Part shown: positions 1 to 11,506 of the stretch, in pieces
Layout: each line of letters opens with the position of its first letter
How positions within the stretch are numbered: the first letter of the stretch is position 1
Origin: Squalus acanthias
Taxonomy: Eukaryota
Length of the DNA: 64,000 nucleotides
NCBI GenBank assembly: GCA_030390025.1
Contig: CM059432.1
Span: forward strand, 36,334,001 to 36,398,000
Reading direction: 5' to 3'
Made by a program: the position numbers and the translations under genes
Notes under the pieces: model-generated
The model's input: only the letters and a program-made list of their open reading frames with translations
The model's database searches: none
Told to the model about the DNA's origin: nothing

Positions 1-1205
1 CCCTGGACAGTGGGAAGAGGGGAGGTATAAGGGCATGTGTTGCATCTCCTGCGCTTGCACGGGAAGGTGCCGGGCGAAGGGGAAGGGGTGCTGGGGGGTG
101 GTAGAGGAGTGGACTAGGGTGTCGCGGAGGGAGCGGTCCCTGCGGAATGCTGAAAGGGGAGGTGAGGGGAAGATGCGTTTGGTGGTGGGATCACGCTGGA
201 GGTGGCGGAGGATGATCCGTTGAATGTGGAGGCTGGTGGGGTGAAAGGTGAGGACAAGGGGAACTCTATCGTGGTTCCGGGAGGGAGGGCAGAAGTGCGG
301 GAGATAGAACGGACACGGTCGAGGGCCGTGTCGACCACGGTAGAGGGGAATCCTCAGTTGAGGAAAAAGGAAGACATGTCGGAAGCACTGGTATGGAAGG
401 TGGCATCATCAGAGCAGATGCGGCGGAGACGGAGAAACTGGGAGAATGGAATAGAGTCCTTACAGGAGGCGGGGTGGGAGGAAGTGTAGTCCAGGTAGTT
501 GTGGGAGTCAGTAGGCTTGTAGTGACTGTTAGTCAATAACCTATCCCCAGAGATGGAGACGGAAAAGTTGAGGAAGGGAAGAGTCGGAGATGGACCATGT
601 GAAGGTGAGGGAAGGGTGGAAATTGGAAGCATAGTGAATTAAATGTTCTAGTTCAGGGCGAGAGCAGGAGATGGCACCGATACAGTCATCAATGTACCGG
701 AAAAAGAGGTGAGGGAGGGGACCCGAGTAGGACTGGAACAAAGAGTGTTCCACATATCCCACGAAAAGGCAGGCATAGCTAGGACCCATGCGGGTACCCA
801 TAGCAACACCTTTAATTTGGAGGAAATGGATGGAGTCAAAGGAGAAGTTGTTCAATGTGAGAACAAGTTCAGCCAGGCGGAGGAGGGTGGTGGTGGATGG
901 GGACTGGTTGGGCCTCTGTTCAAGGAAGAAGCGGAGCGCCCTCAGGCCATCCTGGTGGGGAATGGAGGTGTAGAGGGATTGTACGTCCATAGTGAAAAGG
1001 AGGAGGTTGGGGCCAGGAAACTGGAAACTGTTAAAATGGCGGAGGGCGTCGGAAGAGTCGCGGATGTAGGTGGGAAGAGACTGGACAAGGGGAGAAAAAA
1101 TAGAGTTGAGATAGGAAGAGATAAGTTCCGTGGGGCAAGAACAGGCTGAAACGATGGGTCTACCGGGGCAGTCCTGTTTGTGGATCTTGGGAAGGAGGTA
1201 GAAGC
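1..1205 (-). mobile_element. Penelope-like retroelement fragment (RT domain plus Cys-rich linker toward GIY-YIG), frameshifted
   Basis: ORF 541-1233(-) has Penelope RT motifs FYLLPKIHK...PGRPIVS, TMDVQSLYTSIP, GVAMGTRMGPSYA, FFRYIDD. It continues in another frame (YKPTDSHNYLDYTSSHP..KDSIPFSQFLRLRRICS). Reverse complement of 1-65 reads FPCKRRRCNTCPYTS. Runs off the left edge. Confidence 0.92.
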
Positions 1206-1370
1206 TAATTCTGTGTTTCCTGTACGAGGACACCTAAATCTCTCAACACCAATATTTAATAGTTTCTCGCCATTTAAAAATATTCTTCCTACCAAAATGA
1301 ATAACCTCACATTTCCCCACGTTATACTCCATCAGCCACCTTATTGCCCACTCACTTAACCTGTTTATAT
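1206..1370 (-). mobile_element. CR1 LINE ORF2 fragment
   Basis: Matches the WQMEYNVGKCEVIHFGRKN region seen in 41150-41330; joined directly to the Penelope piece. Confidence 0.8.
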
Positions 1371-1409
1371 CCCTTTTCAAAATCGTGCTATTATAGTATA
1401 CTGTCTTTC

Positions 1410-2345
1410 CATATTAGTCTTCCCAAAGTGTATCACTTCACACTTCTCTGCATTGAACTCCATCTGCTATGCTTCTGCCAATTTCACAATCCTGTCTGTC
1501 ATCCTGAAGTCTACAACTTTCCTCATCACTATCTACTATGCTACCAAGTTTCGTATCATTTTTTAAAAATTCAGTCAAGGGAAGCCAACATTTATTGCCC
1601 ATCCCTAATTGCCCTCGAGAAGGTGGTGGTGAGCCGCCTTATACAACTGATTTGCTTGCTAGGCCATTTCAGAGGGCAGTTAAGAGTCAACCACATTGCT
1701 GTGGCTCTGAAGTCACATATAGGCCAGACCGTGTAAGGGCAGCAGATTTCCTTTCCTAAAGGACATTAGTGAACCAGATGAGTTTTTACGACAATCCAGT
1801 AGTTTCATGGTTGCCATTACTGATACTAGCTTTTTATTGCAGATTTATTTAATTAACTGAATTTAAATTCCCCAGCTTGTGGTGAGATTTGAACTCATAT
1901 CTCCGGATCATTAGTCCATCTGCAAACTTTATAATGATGCTTCCTACACCTGAGTCTAGGTCGTTTATAAAAATTGAAAAGAGTAACGGACCCAAAACTG
2001 ACCCTTGGGGGAACACCACTGCAAACCACCTCCCAGTCTGAAAAACATCCATCCTCCACTTTGCTTCCAGTCAGTGAGCCAATTCTGTATCCATACTGCC
2101 ACTTCCCCCTTAATTCCATTGGTTGCCATCGTCTTAACAAGCCTCCTGTGTGCCACTTTGTCTAATGCCTTCTGAAAGTCCATATATACAACATCTACTG
2201 CACTACCTTGATCAACCTCTCTGTTACCTCATCAAGGAATTCAATCAACAATCAAGACACGATTTGCCTTTAACAAATTCATGCTTGCTCTTCTTGATTA
2301 ACCTATGCCTTTCCAAATGAAATTTATTTTGTCCCGGATAATTAT
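1410..2345 (-). mobile_element. Degraded CR1 LINE RT fragment, interrupted by a SINE at ~1560-1916
   Basis: Fragments [27 protein letters not shown]. Flanks rejoin as accaagtttcgtatcat|ctgcaaactt. Confidence 0.8.
1560..1916 (-). mobile_element. Meta-domain tRNA-derived SINE (5'-truncated) with the 3' tail of the 11507-14772 LINE family
   Basis: 1650-1916 matches 14455-14722; 1575-1640 matches the LINE 3' tail (gccagcatttattgcccatccctagttgcccttgagaagg); B box GTTCAAATC on the minus strand. Confidence 0.85.
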
Positions 2346-3014
2346 TACTTGATTGAGATTCTTTCTGCCGAATGATGTGTGTGCTAAGCAATAGCTGCTG
2401 GTTTAGATTTTTTTGTTGAAAAAAGGCTGATGGTTTAGTCAAATGGTAAAAGGCAAGATAAGTGCAACCTCTCTTTGGAGCCTGCGAGAGTGTACGGGAA
2501 GTGGTTTTGTATTTTAAAAGTGCTTGAAGCGGACTTTCTGTAAGATCTAGCCAAGAATTTCATTCTGTAGTGGTGGTGAAGGCGGTTATTTTTGATGGGG
2601 TTGCTTGCCTTATTTTCAGCTTCTGGGTTGAATAGACCGTGACACAACCTTTTTACTATATTAAAATGTTCCAAGGTGCTGCACAGGAGAAAAGGAGCAG
2701 GGGCTGAGCATTTGTGGGAAGATTAGGAGAGGTGACTGAGACTAATTTTTGTGAAGTGGGGGTTGTAATTTCACAGTGGAAGTAACTTTTTTTAAATCAC
2801 TGGTTATGTATGAAGACTGTTTTCTGGATTTATGCTTGGCAGGTGGCCAGAGTTTATGCTGGAGAATCCTCCCTCCTATTTAGTTTTTGCTTCCCTCGAA
2901 GCTCTCATGACTCAATCACTGCCAATTCTTTGCTGAGCACAGTGGAAGTGGGTGGGGATTTCCTGAGGTTTTTCCCAAGCTGTGAATGGTGGGGTTCTTG
3001 ACATGAATTTGGTA

Positions 3015-3275
3015 AAAGAAAGGAAGACTTTGCATTTATATATAGCACCTTTCACAACCTCAGGACATCCCAAAGTGCTTTACACTCCCCCCAAAAAATA
3101 CTTCAATGGCTGTAGTCACTCTTGTAGGAAATGTGGCAACCAATTTGCACACAGTAAGATCCCTAAAGCAGCAATGTGATAACGACCAGATAATTATTGT
3201 GCTCAAGTCTTTGGTGTAGGACTTTAACCCACAACTTTCTGACTCTGGTGAGAGTGCTACCACTGAGCCACGGCT
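3015..3275 (-). mobile_element. Internally deleted SacSINE1-like (DeuSINE) copy
   Basis: Shares its L2-type tail and tRNA-like head with the complete copy at 17745-18205 but lacks the central domain. Confidence 0.75.
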
Positions 3276-4461
3276 AACGAGTGGCAGCAGGTTATAATTT
3301 AATTTATGCAGTAGTTATCTGAATTGTCAGTGGCACTACAAGTGGTCCTTGTGCTAGGAAAGGATACCCTCACATTTGAATAACCTGCTAACCCTAGATT
3401 TTTCTTTTGTCTTGAGAAGCCAAGGTCTTTAGTGCTGGACATCATTAGGATTGAAAAGTGATTGTGATGCTTGGGATTTTAAAAAAAATTCAAGATTGTA
3501 AGAAGAAGTGAAGATAAAGATTTTGACAGTTTTGAGGTCCCTAAAGAATGAGAAGAGCTGCAGAGCATGTAGATGAGACTTCTTGTCATTGCAGGGAGGG
3601 TGAAGGGTGTTGGCTGGAGTATTTGAATCTTGGGAAGTACAAGAGAAAAAATTTCAGAGAAGCATTGACTATAGTGTCACTGACTTAGTCACCTGACCGA
3701 GGTATCTAAATGTGGTGGGTACATGTGGAACAGCTCCCCAGCAGCAGTCCACGCCTTCAACCAGTGAAGGGAGAAAATTAAAAATGTTAAAGTTAAAATT
3801 CTAAATAAATTTCGAAGTGTCAGCCCGTGTCCGAGGGCTCATGTGTGCAACTATACTCGAGTCTGCATTGAGGGAAGCAGGGAGAAAATCTGATCGGAAA
3901 ACTGGATGGAGTGTAACCTTCAGCTGAAAAATGTCTACTTGTTCAGTGCTGTTGTATACAATGAGATAAACATTAACACTAATTCCAATGGAGAAACTGT
4001 TCAGGAGCCTATCTGGAGTTGCCCCACAGTTAATTTTTACATAGAAACATGGAATTCATAAACTTATGACCCTGTTCCCTCCACCTTACTTTGTAGAGTG
4101 TTCTTTAATGGATACCACACTTTTAGCTACTGTGCAAGTCTGTGATATCTCAATTGTATAGGAGGGTGACCAACAGGAGACTGTACTTGCCTCTTTCACA
4201 AAATGATAGCAGAAGGACCATTTGTCCTATTTAAATTATCCTTGCATAGTTTTAAAAAATTTACCAGTGACTCAAGTTATGAAAGAATGACTGTGATATA
4301 ATTTCAGACCTCTTTAAACTGGGCGGAGATTACTTTGGTTGTAGTGTCTGTAGAGGGAAAGTCGAAGGAAGTGATTGTAAACCACAGTTGTGATATTTCA
4401 ACAGACTGGTTACACTAGTTTTTTTCCCCCTCTTCTCCCATTGCAGTTACACTGTGACATT

Positions 4462-5204
4462 GGCCCAAAAATTAGTGAGTGAGCCTTCGTGCGAGGGTAA
4501 GGCCTTCCCGCGATCTCTCACTGCGCGCTGGCTTTTTCAGTCCGAGCTCGCACGAACTTGATGTTCTGGACAGCAGCTGTGCAGTGCTTTCGTATCCCAC
4601 AGGCGTAGTTAATTCGTGCGAGCTGTGGGATCACGTGACTCAGTTAGAGCCAATGGCAGCACACCATCTTTCATTCATAGCTTTCACAGCACGGCTGTGA
4701 AAGCTATGAATACTATACCCCCCCAAAAGAACAGCTAAACCTCAATTAAATTTAAAAAAAAACCATCAGATTAATAAAATAAGTATAGTTAAATAAATTA
4801 ACCATTTTAAACAAAAAATTAAATTTTTGAAAAAATTTAAAATCTTTTAAAAAGTTATAAAAATAAACTTACCTGTCTTTAAAGTCTCTAAAAAAGATAT
4901 ACCTGTTAAAAAAAATTCAAAATAATACTTAATTAAGTACTTACCTTGTTAAAAGAGGGTCTTACGCCTCCTTTCTTTATGTCTAAAATCTTCCATGCTT
5001 ACCTGCGCGTCCAAAGCACTAAGTGCACAGCGTGCGCGCAGCCTGTAGCGCGCACGTGGTTCACCTAGGAACCGCCCCCTTTTGAATTCACCAAGTGCCG
5101 GTTTTCAGCGCATGCGCAGTGCATGCAGAAAACCGGCAATTGGAGACAGAATACGCGAGAGTACACAGTGCGTACTCTCGCGTAGCGGCACTAATTTTTG
5201 GGCC
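4462..5204. mobile_element. Non-autonomous DNA transposon (MITE), PIF/Harbinger (PHIS)-like
   Basis: Perfect inverted termini GGCCCAAAAATTAGTG (4462-4477) / CACTAATTTTTGGGCC (5189-5204), flanked by ATT (4459-4461, 5205-5207). CpG-rich ends, AT-rich core, internal hairpins. Confidence 0.85.
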
Positions 5205-5228
5205 ATTGTGTCTCCCTCTTTTCTTGCC

Positions 5229-5497
5229 TCATAGAATGGTTACAGCACAGAAGGAGGCCATTTGGCCCGTCAAGCCCGTGCCAGCTCTCTGCAAGAGCAC
5301 TTCAGCTAGTCCCACTCCCCCCGCCCTTTCCCTGTAGCCCTGCAAATATTTTTCCTTCGGGTATTTATCCAATTCCATTTTGAAAGCCACAATTGAGTCT
5401 GCCTCCACCACCCTTTCAGGCAGTGCATTCCAGAAGCTAACCACTCGCTGTGTAAAAAAGTTTTTCCTGATGTCGCCTTTGGTTCTTTTGCCATTGA
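5229..5497 (-). mobile_element. CR1 LINE 3' end
   Basis: RKNFFTQRVVSFWNALPERVVEA C-terminus and ATTCTATG-type tail. Confidence 0.9.
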
Positions 5498-6779
5498 ACA
5501 TAGTATCAACATCATCTTGCTCCCCAAACTTGAGCTATATCTTGAACAACTCATTGAGCATGACAGCTCAGTAGGTGTTCTAAGAGCAATTTGTGTCATT
5601 TCAAAGTGACTCATCTGGATCCTTGCCTGGACTGAGTTTGATGCTCATTTTGTTTTTGTGCTACTGAACCTTCAAATGAATGGAAGCCTATCTGTAAATA
5701 TTGCCAGTCTACTCAGTTGGGCTGTTGATAAACTCTTTGATTTGTTGAATATGGCTTTTTTTTTCTCCCTTTCAATTTGTACTGCTGCCATTTAAAGAAT
5801 GCCAAATAGATTTAGTATCTCTGCTTCTCTAAAATAGCTTTGTTGGTACTTTGTAAGAACAGATGGCAGAATAGTGGGCACTGGAGATCAAATATTGACA
5901 TTTGACCAGCTTGGTAACAATTTATCCCCTAGTTAAAGGAGTGGAATTCCTTAATACAATATTATTCTAATGCCAGTGTTATGCCAATTAGAATGTGCTT
6001 CTTGTGTTGTGGTACCATATTAAAGCCTCTTCCTCTCTCCTAAATGAGAGGGGAGGAACGGGCTACTTTTTATTCCAGAAAGTACCTGCATTCCATTCAG
6101 TGTCTTCTTGTAGACTAGGCTAAGTTTGGGGAAATCATGGATGCAGGCTTATGTCCTACTGAGCTGTGGCACAGCATTACTTTTCAAAAAGTGACTTTCA
6201 GCAGAGTTGAGTATCTGTGCTTTCCTGGTTTTAATCTGGATAATCTTTGTCTGCGTGTCTTTATTCAGTTGCAATCCTTGGACACTACCTTTGTAGGGCA
6301 GTGATTATATACCATGAGGTGGCTATTACTACTTTATCTGTAGATGAACTGGAGGGAGATAGGAATGAAGAGGTTAAGAGTGTCCATTTTTTATCTCCTA
6401 AATATTTCTTGAGGTTATAGCCATCAACCCCAGCTGAGGGCATCTAATCTTCTGCAGTTGACTGGTGGGAGTTGCATGGGGTGGTTCTAGGCTAAGGAGA
6501 AAGGAGTGACTGAAGAAGGTAAGGAGTTCTACTGTTTTGAGAACTTGGAAAAGAATGAATTTGGAGTAGGAAACTGCCATAATTCTTGATTTCATCACTT
6601 GGAACTAAAGAAGAAGAGCAGGTGATGGTGTATTTTAGAAGAAATACTGGCCATGGGTGTTGCAAAAACATAGCGGAAGACAGAGCTTATGAGAGAAGAG
6701 CGTTAGAGGCTCTATTTTGTTTGGGCCAATGGAGTGACATTGGGTTAGCCCAGTGCCACCAAGACAAATATCTCTACAA

Positions 6780-7640
6780 TATCTCACCACTACCTCTCTC
6801 AACCCTTAACTGCCTCTGTGTTGTCAGACTAGTCTTGGATGAGACAAACTTTCCTCCAATTAAACATTGGGAAAACCAAAGCCATTGTCTTCGGCCCCTG
6901 CCACAAACTCTGTTCCCTAGCCACTGATTCCATCCTCCTTTCAGGCCAGTGTCTCGGGTTGAACCAGACTCTGACGCTTTCTCGCAACCTCTGTGTCCTA
7001 TTTGTCCCGAAGCTGAGTTTCCGACCCCATTTCTTCTCCATTACAAAGGCTGCCTACTTCCACCTTGGTAATATCGTCTGCTTTTGTTTCCTTTAGACTT
7101 GACTGCCAATGCTCTCTTGACTGGCCTTCCATTTTCCACCCTCCATAAACTTAAGCTCATCCAAAACTCTGCTGCCTGTGTCCTAGCCTGCACCAAATCC
7201 TGTTCACCCATCACCCCTGTGCTCGCTGACCTACATTTGCTTCCGTTCCACCAATGACGCAATTTAAAAATTCTCACCCTCATGTTCAAATCCATCTAAT
7301 GCCTCTATCTCTGTAGCCTTCTCCAATCATACAGCCCTCTGCATTCCTCCAATTCTGGCCTCTTGTTCATTCCTTACTTCCTTTGCTTCACCGCTGGCAG
7401 CTGTGCCTTCAGCCGTCTAGGCCCTAAGCTCTGGAATTCCCTCCCCAAAGGTCTTCGCCTCTCCACCTCTCCTCCTTTTAAGATGCTGCTTAAAATCCAT
7501 CTCTTTGACCAAACGATTTGTCACCTCTCCTAATGTTCCCCTTCTTTGGCTCGGTGTCTGTTTTTATCAGATTATGCTTTAGTGAAGTGCCTTGGCACTT
7601 TTTACTGTGCTAAAGGCACTATATAAATGCAAGTTATTGC
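6780..7640 (+). mobile_element. L2 LINE 3' fragment
   Basis: FLQLNIGKTKAIVFG motif, ctctggaattccctccc (WNSLP) and L2 tail ...ggcactatataaatgcaagttattg. Confidence 0.85.
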
Positions 7641-9274
7641 GCTTTGGGAGGAGAGCACCACTAAAACAAAACGAATGGCCAAATCAACTAAAAGTGAGTG
7701 ATAGGGATTGGAGCTGAGAATCAACAACATCTTGTATCCTGTCCAGCAGTGCGAGAGCTGTTGGAAGAGGCTTCTTGGATATGGCAACAATATTTAGTCT
7801 TGTACGCACTAAGGATTTATAGAGTTGAGGCTGTTGAGAGGGAAAAAAAAATTCTTGGAAGCAGTTTAAGCGGTGGTGTAGTTGTGGGAGTTCCATTTGA
7901 GGTCGGAGGAGATAGTGAAGCAAAGAATGTAGATAGCTGAAGGAGGACTAAGTGTGGAGCAGGATACAAGAAAAAAAATTGCCTGATGTTCAGCTCTAGC
8001 CTCCAGTCCCTCATCACTACTACTCATGCACTTTTAGTTGATTGGGCCACATGTTTTATTTTAGTGGTGCTCTCCTCCCAGGGGGCACTTGTAAAGGTAG
8101 CTGTTTGAGATGTGAAGAAACCAGATTTCAGTACTACATCGAAAGACATGGCGATCAAGATGTATGCACTCAGCCAGAGGACTGGAGATGTTGTGCAGGA
8201 GTTCGTCTAGCTCATTGGGCACAGCTGATTAAATAGTTGAGGCAGTACAATTACTCTCGGTGCCTCCGGTCTAGGGAGGGGAAAAACAAGCAGTGGTTCC
8301 CACTAATGATTTGCTATCCAATGACTTCTGTTGGAAAGAACGCAAGAGTGCACCACAGTGTACCTTTGGGGGAAGAGGGAGAAACGAGGAGCCTTCAGAG
8401 CTTACTGTAAAGGGAAGATTTACAGCTCCTCTTCCCCAAACCATCAGGGGTGCTTCAGTGTTCAAATGCAAACTTTCTATTTACAACATAATTCAGAATT
8501 GAGAAAAGGAAATTTTATTCAGCCAGGTGCTTTTTGGGACCTGATATGGCTGTTTTTAGATAGGTTTTTCTAAACCCGTATCTTGTTTGTTTACAGTAAT
8601 TATTCATTGCTGTTATCTGTAAACTCCAGTTAAATGTGTTTTGGTGTTTTTACTCAAATTACACAGTTTGCTTTTGTGTCAGGTCATGTGTAGCAGATCA
8701 TGGTAGCTACCATGTCATAATGTGCACTGACAAGATGCTGGGTAGCTCTGTAAACCTGATGCCTACTGCAAGCTCACTGCCTTGGTTTGCTCCAGTATGA
8801 GTCACTTAATTTGGTGCCTTTTGTAGTAATACTACCTTAATTACACTGTTGACTGCTGACTAATGAGCAGTTAAATAAAAGTTTTAAAAAAAATGGCAGA
8901 TGATGTTCTGCTGGATATCACCAACAGTATCACATCATCTCAAGAGACTTCTCCAAACCAGCAAACATATCTGATTGTCTTTTGGCTGCAACTACTCCAA
9001 ACTGGAAGACATGGTCATTGGCCCAGACGTCCCAGAATAAATACAGGAGGCTTACCTCATTGTGTGAACAAAGCTGGGCATTAAATACCAAGGCATGATT
9101 TATAATTTGTAGCTGTCTTACCTCTATGGTACAGTAGTGACTTCCTGGAGGCACTTGATGTAAGTGGCTTTAGCGCCTGGCTTGAGAAGGGCCTGAATAT
9201 TTGCTTTGAGCAAGTTTCACATCATGCAATATAATTTCTTCAGATATTATATGACACAGATATAATGGGCCAAA

Positions 9275-9279
<5 letters not shown>

Positions 9280-9311
<32 letters not shown>
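9280..9311. repeat. (CT)n microsatellite
   Basis: Direct reading. Confidence 0.95.
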
Positions 9312-9315
<4 letters not shown>

Positions 9316-9404
9316 AAATATCTATGATTCTTTATCCAGAACTGACTACTTCCAGGACGCTACTGTTGGCACACTTGAGTGCTAACATTGCTGTCGGCTG
9401 TATG

Positions 9405-9610
9405 GTGAGTGCTGCATTGTTGGGGGTGTCGTCCTTTGAAGGAAATGTTAAAAATGTCCTATTCTGATGATTCAGTATGATCCCATGGTGCTATTCAAAG
9501 AAGAACAGGGAGTTCTTCCAGTGTCCTGGCCAAATTTCTCCCTCAACTGATACCATCGCATGCAAATTAACTGGTCAATGCTGTTGGTGGAATCATGCTG
9601 TGTGTAAAAT
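9405..9610 (+). mobile_element. Degraded Deu-domain SINE fragment
   Basis: gtgctgcattgttgggggtgtcgtcctttg...gctattcaaagaagaacagggagttcttccagtgtcctggccaa resembles the reverse complement of 17950-18090. Confidence 0.65.
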
Positions 9611-9611
9611 A

Positions 9612-9992
9612 GTGGGTACAGTAGCGTAGTGGTTATGTTACTGGACTAGTAATCCAGAGCACGCGAGTTCAAATTCAAACATTGGAAGTTTGAGAATTTG
9701 AATTCCGAAATAAAAGCTGTAACAGACCATGAAGCTGTTGGATTGTCATAAAAACCCAACTGGTTCACTAATGTCCTTTAGTGAAGGAAATCTGCCGTCC
9801 TTACCCGGTCTGGCCTATATGTGACTCCAGTCTCTCACCGTTGTTGACTTCCCTCTGAAGTGACCTAACAAGTCACTCCGTTGTATCAAACCACTACAAT
9901 GCAGCAATTCAAGAAGGCCTACCACTACATATTTAAGGGCAATAAATGCGGCATTGCCAGCAACTCCCACATCCAGAGAATGATTTTTTAAA
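9612..9992 (+). mobile_element. Meta-domain tRNA-derived SINE, near full length
   Basis: A box TAGCGTAGTGG, B box GTTCAAAT, central aaaaacccaactggttcactaatgtcctttag...gtgactccag, LINE-type tail gcaataaatgc...cccacatcc. Confidence 0.85.
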
Positions 9993-10203
9993 AATAATTC
10001 TATATCTCTGACCCTCCCCATTAGCGACCTGCCATTTTGGGTCTCTGCTTCCTTCATGAGCCTACTCTGGGGCTGATCGGATATAAGGATGACTAGTACC
10101 TCCTCATAAGCCAGTGTTTTAGATCTGGGGCCCTGATAGAGCCTTTTTTTTGTGAATATTAAGAAGGGGAAGGGTATACTTTGTATAGGAAGCACTTGCA
10201 CTT

Positions 10204-10430
10204 CCCTGGCGGCTCAGTTTGGTAAGGCAGTGTGAGTAAGCTATACAGACCAGAAGATGCCAGGTTTAATTCCCTGTCTGTGCTGTGTTAGCTGTTCTCC
10301 GAGTGCTATAATTGGCTTCAGTGACCCTGGGTTAGGGAGGGGAAGAATCAGCTAGGGTTCCTTGTCCTGAGTGTTATCCAGTGAGTCCTGCTGTGATGTG
10401 TTGATGTCAAGTGAGAACAAGATCAGATCC
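10204..10430 (+). mobile_element. Ancient tRNA-derived SINE (unnamed family)
   Basis: Head tggcggctcagtttggt; shared blocks aattggcctcagtgcccctgggctaggg and gggttcc..tcctgattgctatccagtgac recur near 14773, 20520, 33050, 53805, 57140 and 59490. Confidence 0.6.
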
Positions 10431-11506
10431 TTCCTCTTTTTCCCACCCCCTCACCTGAACGTCAATTTGGGTCAGAGATTGGAGGCTCTCTGGTGACCCT
10501 GGCGTATATCCCACAATGAGTCGCTGCCTTCAGGAGAGGTGGGGAGATTTTTTTTAAATTGGAGAAGTTCCTTGAGATTTTCCTGCTTTTAATGTGCCAG
10601 TGACAGCACATTAATGCTGCACTTTGTACCTATTCTAGTGACCAGCTGTCGAGTTTCGAGAACACTTGATAGTTTCTGTATGTGATTGGAATATTAACTG
10701 CTGGGATGACTGCTCAGACTCCATGTATCTCATTATAAATATTGGGTTCATAGACTCGAAAGAGCATTTGTGCTACCAACTTTTTTGAAATGTCCAAGGT
10801 TTTGGACATATATTTAGGTCGAAGGCTGGTCTCGAGAGGAAAACATTTGAGGAATACAACGTGTAGGTGGAGTTGCGATCTGGTAGAGAGTGACATTTTG
10901 GGCTTAATGCTCTTTTCCTTGGGAGCATTCTGCTACCATACAAGATGTGGAGCATCCTGAGTTTCAAGAGTCTTATCCAAGTACTCCTTTTTAAAAGTAG
11001 TATTATACTTGTGTTTTTAATAACACAGTAACTGCTGGTGACCTCAGGGGAGTTGACATGAAACTTTTGTGAAGGAAGCTGAATGCGCAGAGCCTGTTGA
11101 AATGATGAGATAAGTAAAGCATGGTGCGTAAAGACTGATGAAATAATTCGGCTCCCTCACACTTGGCAAATATTCTAGGTTGGGTGCCATGACACCAAAA
11201 TTACAGTGTTACTGATTTTAACGTACGGACTGTTGAGCATTATATCTCCATCACTACAGATCATCCCCTAAATAACCAGTAAAAACCATTGCCGGACTTT
11301 GGCATCGGGGAAGGGTGCACATGTTAGAGATTTTTTCAGTTGTAAAATTCCTGAAATGATCAACTAAATAGAATAATGGATCCTGGTTGGATTAGACTGG
11401 TATCATCTGCATGTGTTTTTGCTCATTTTGAAAGCTGGATAGTGTATTTTTCTACTGCCCCGAGCATAGTACAAAACTGCTTCCTAATGGCAGTTGTTAA
11501 ATGCAG

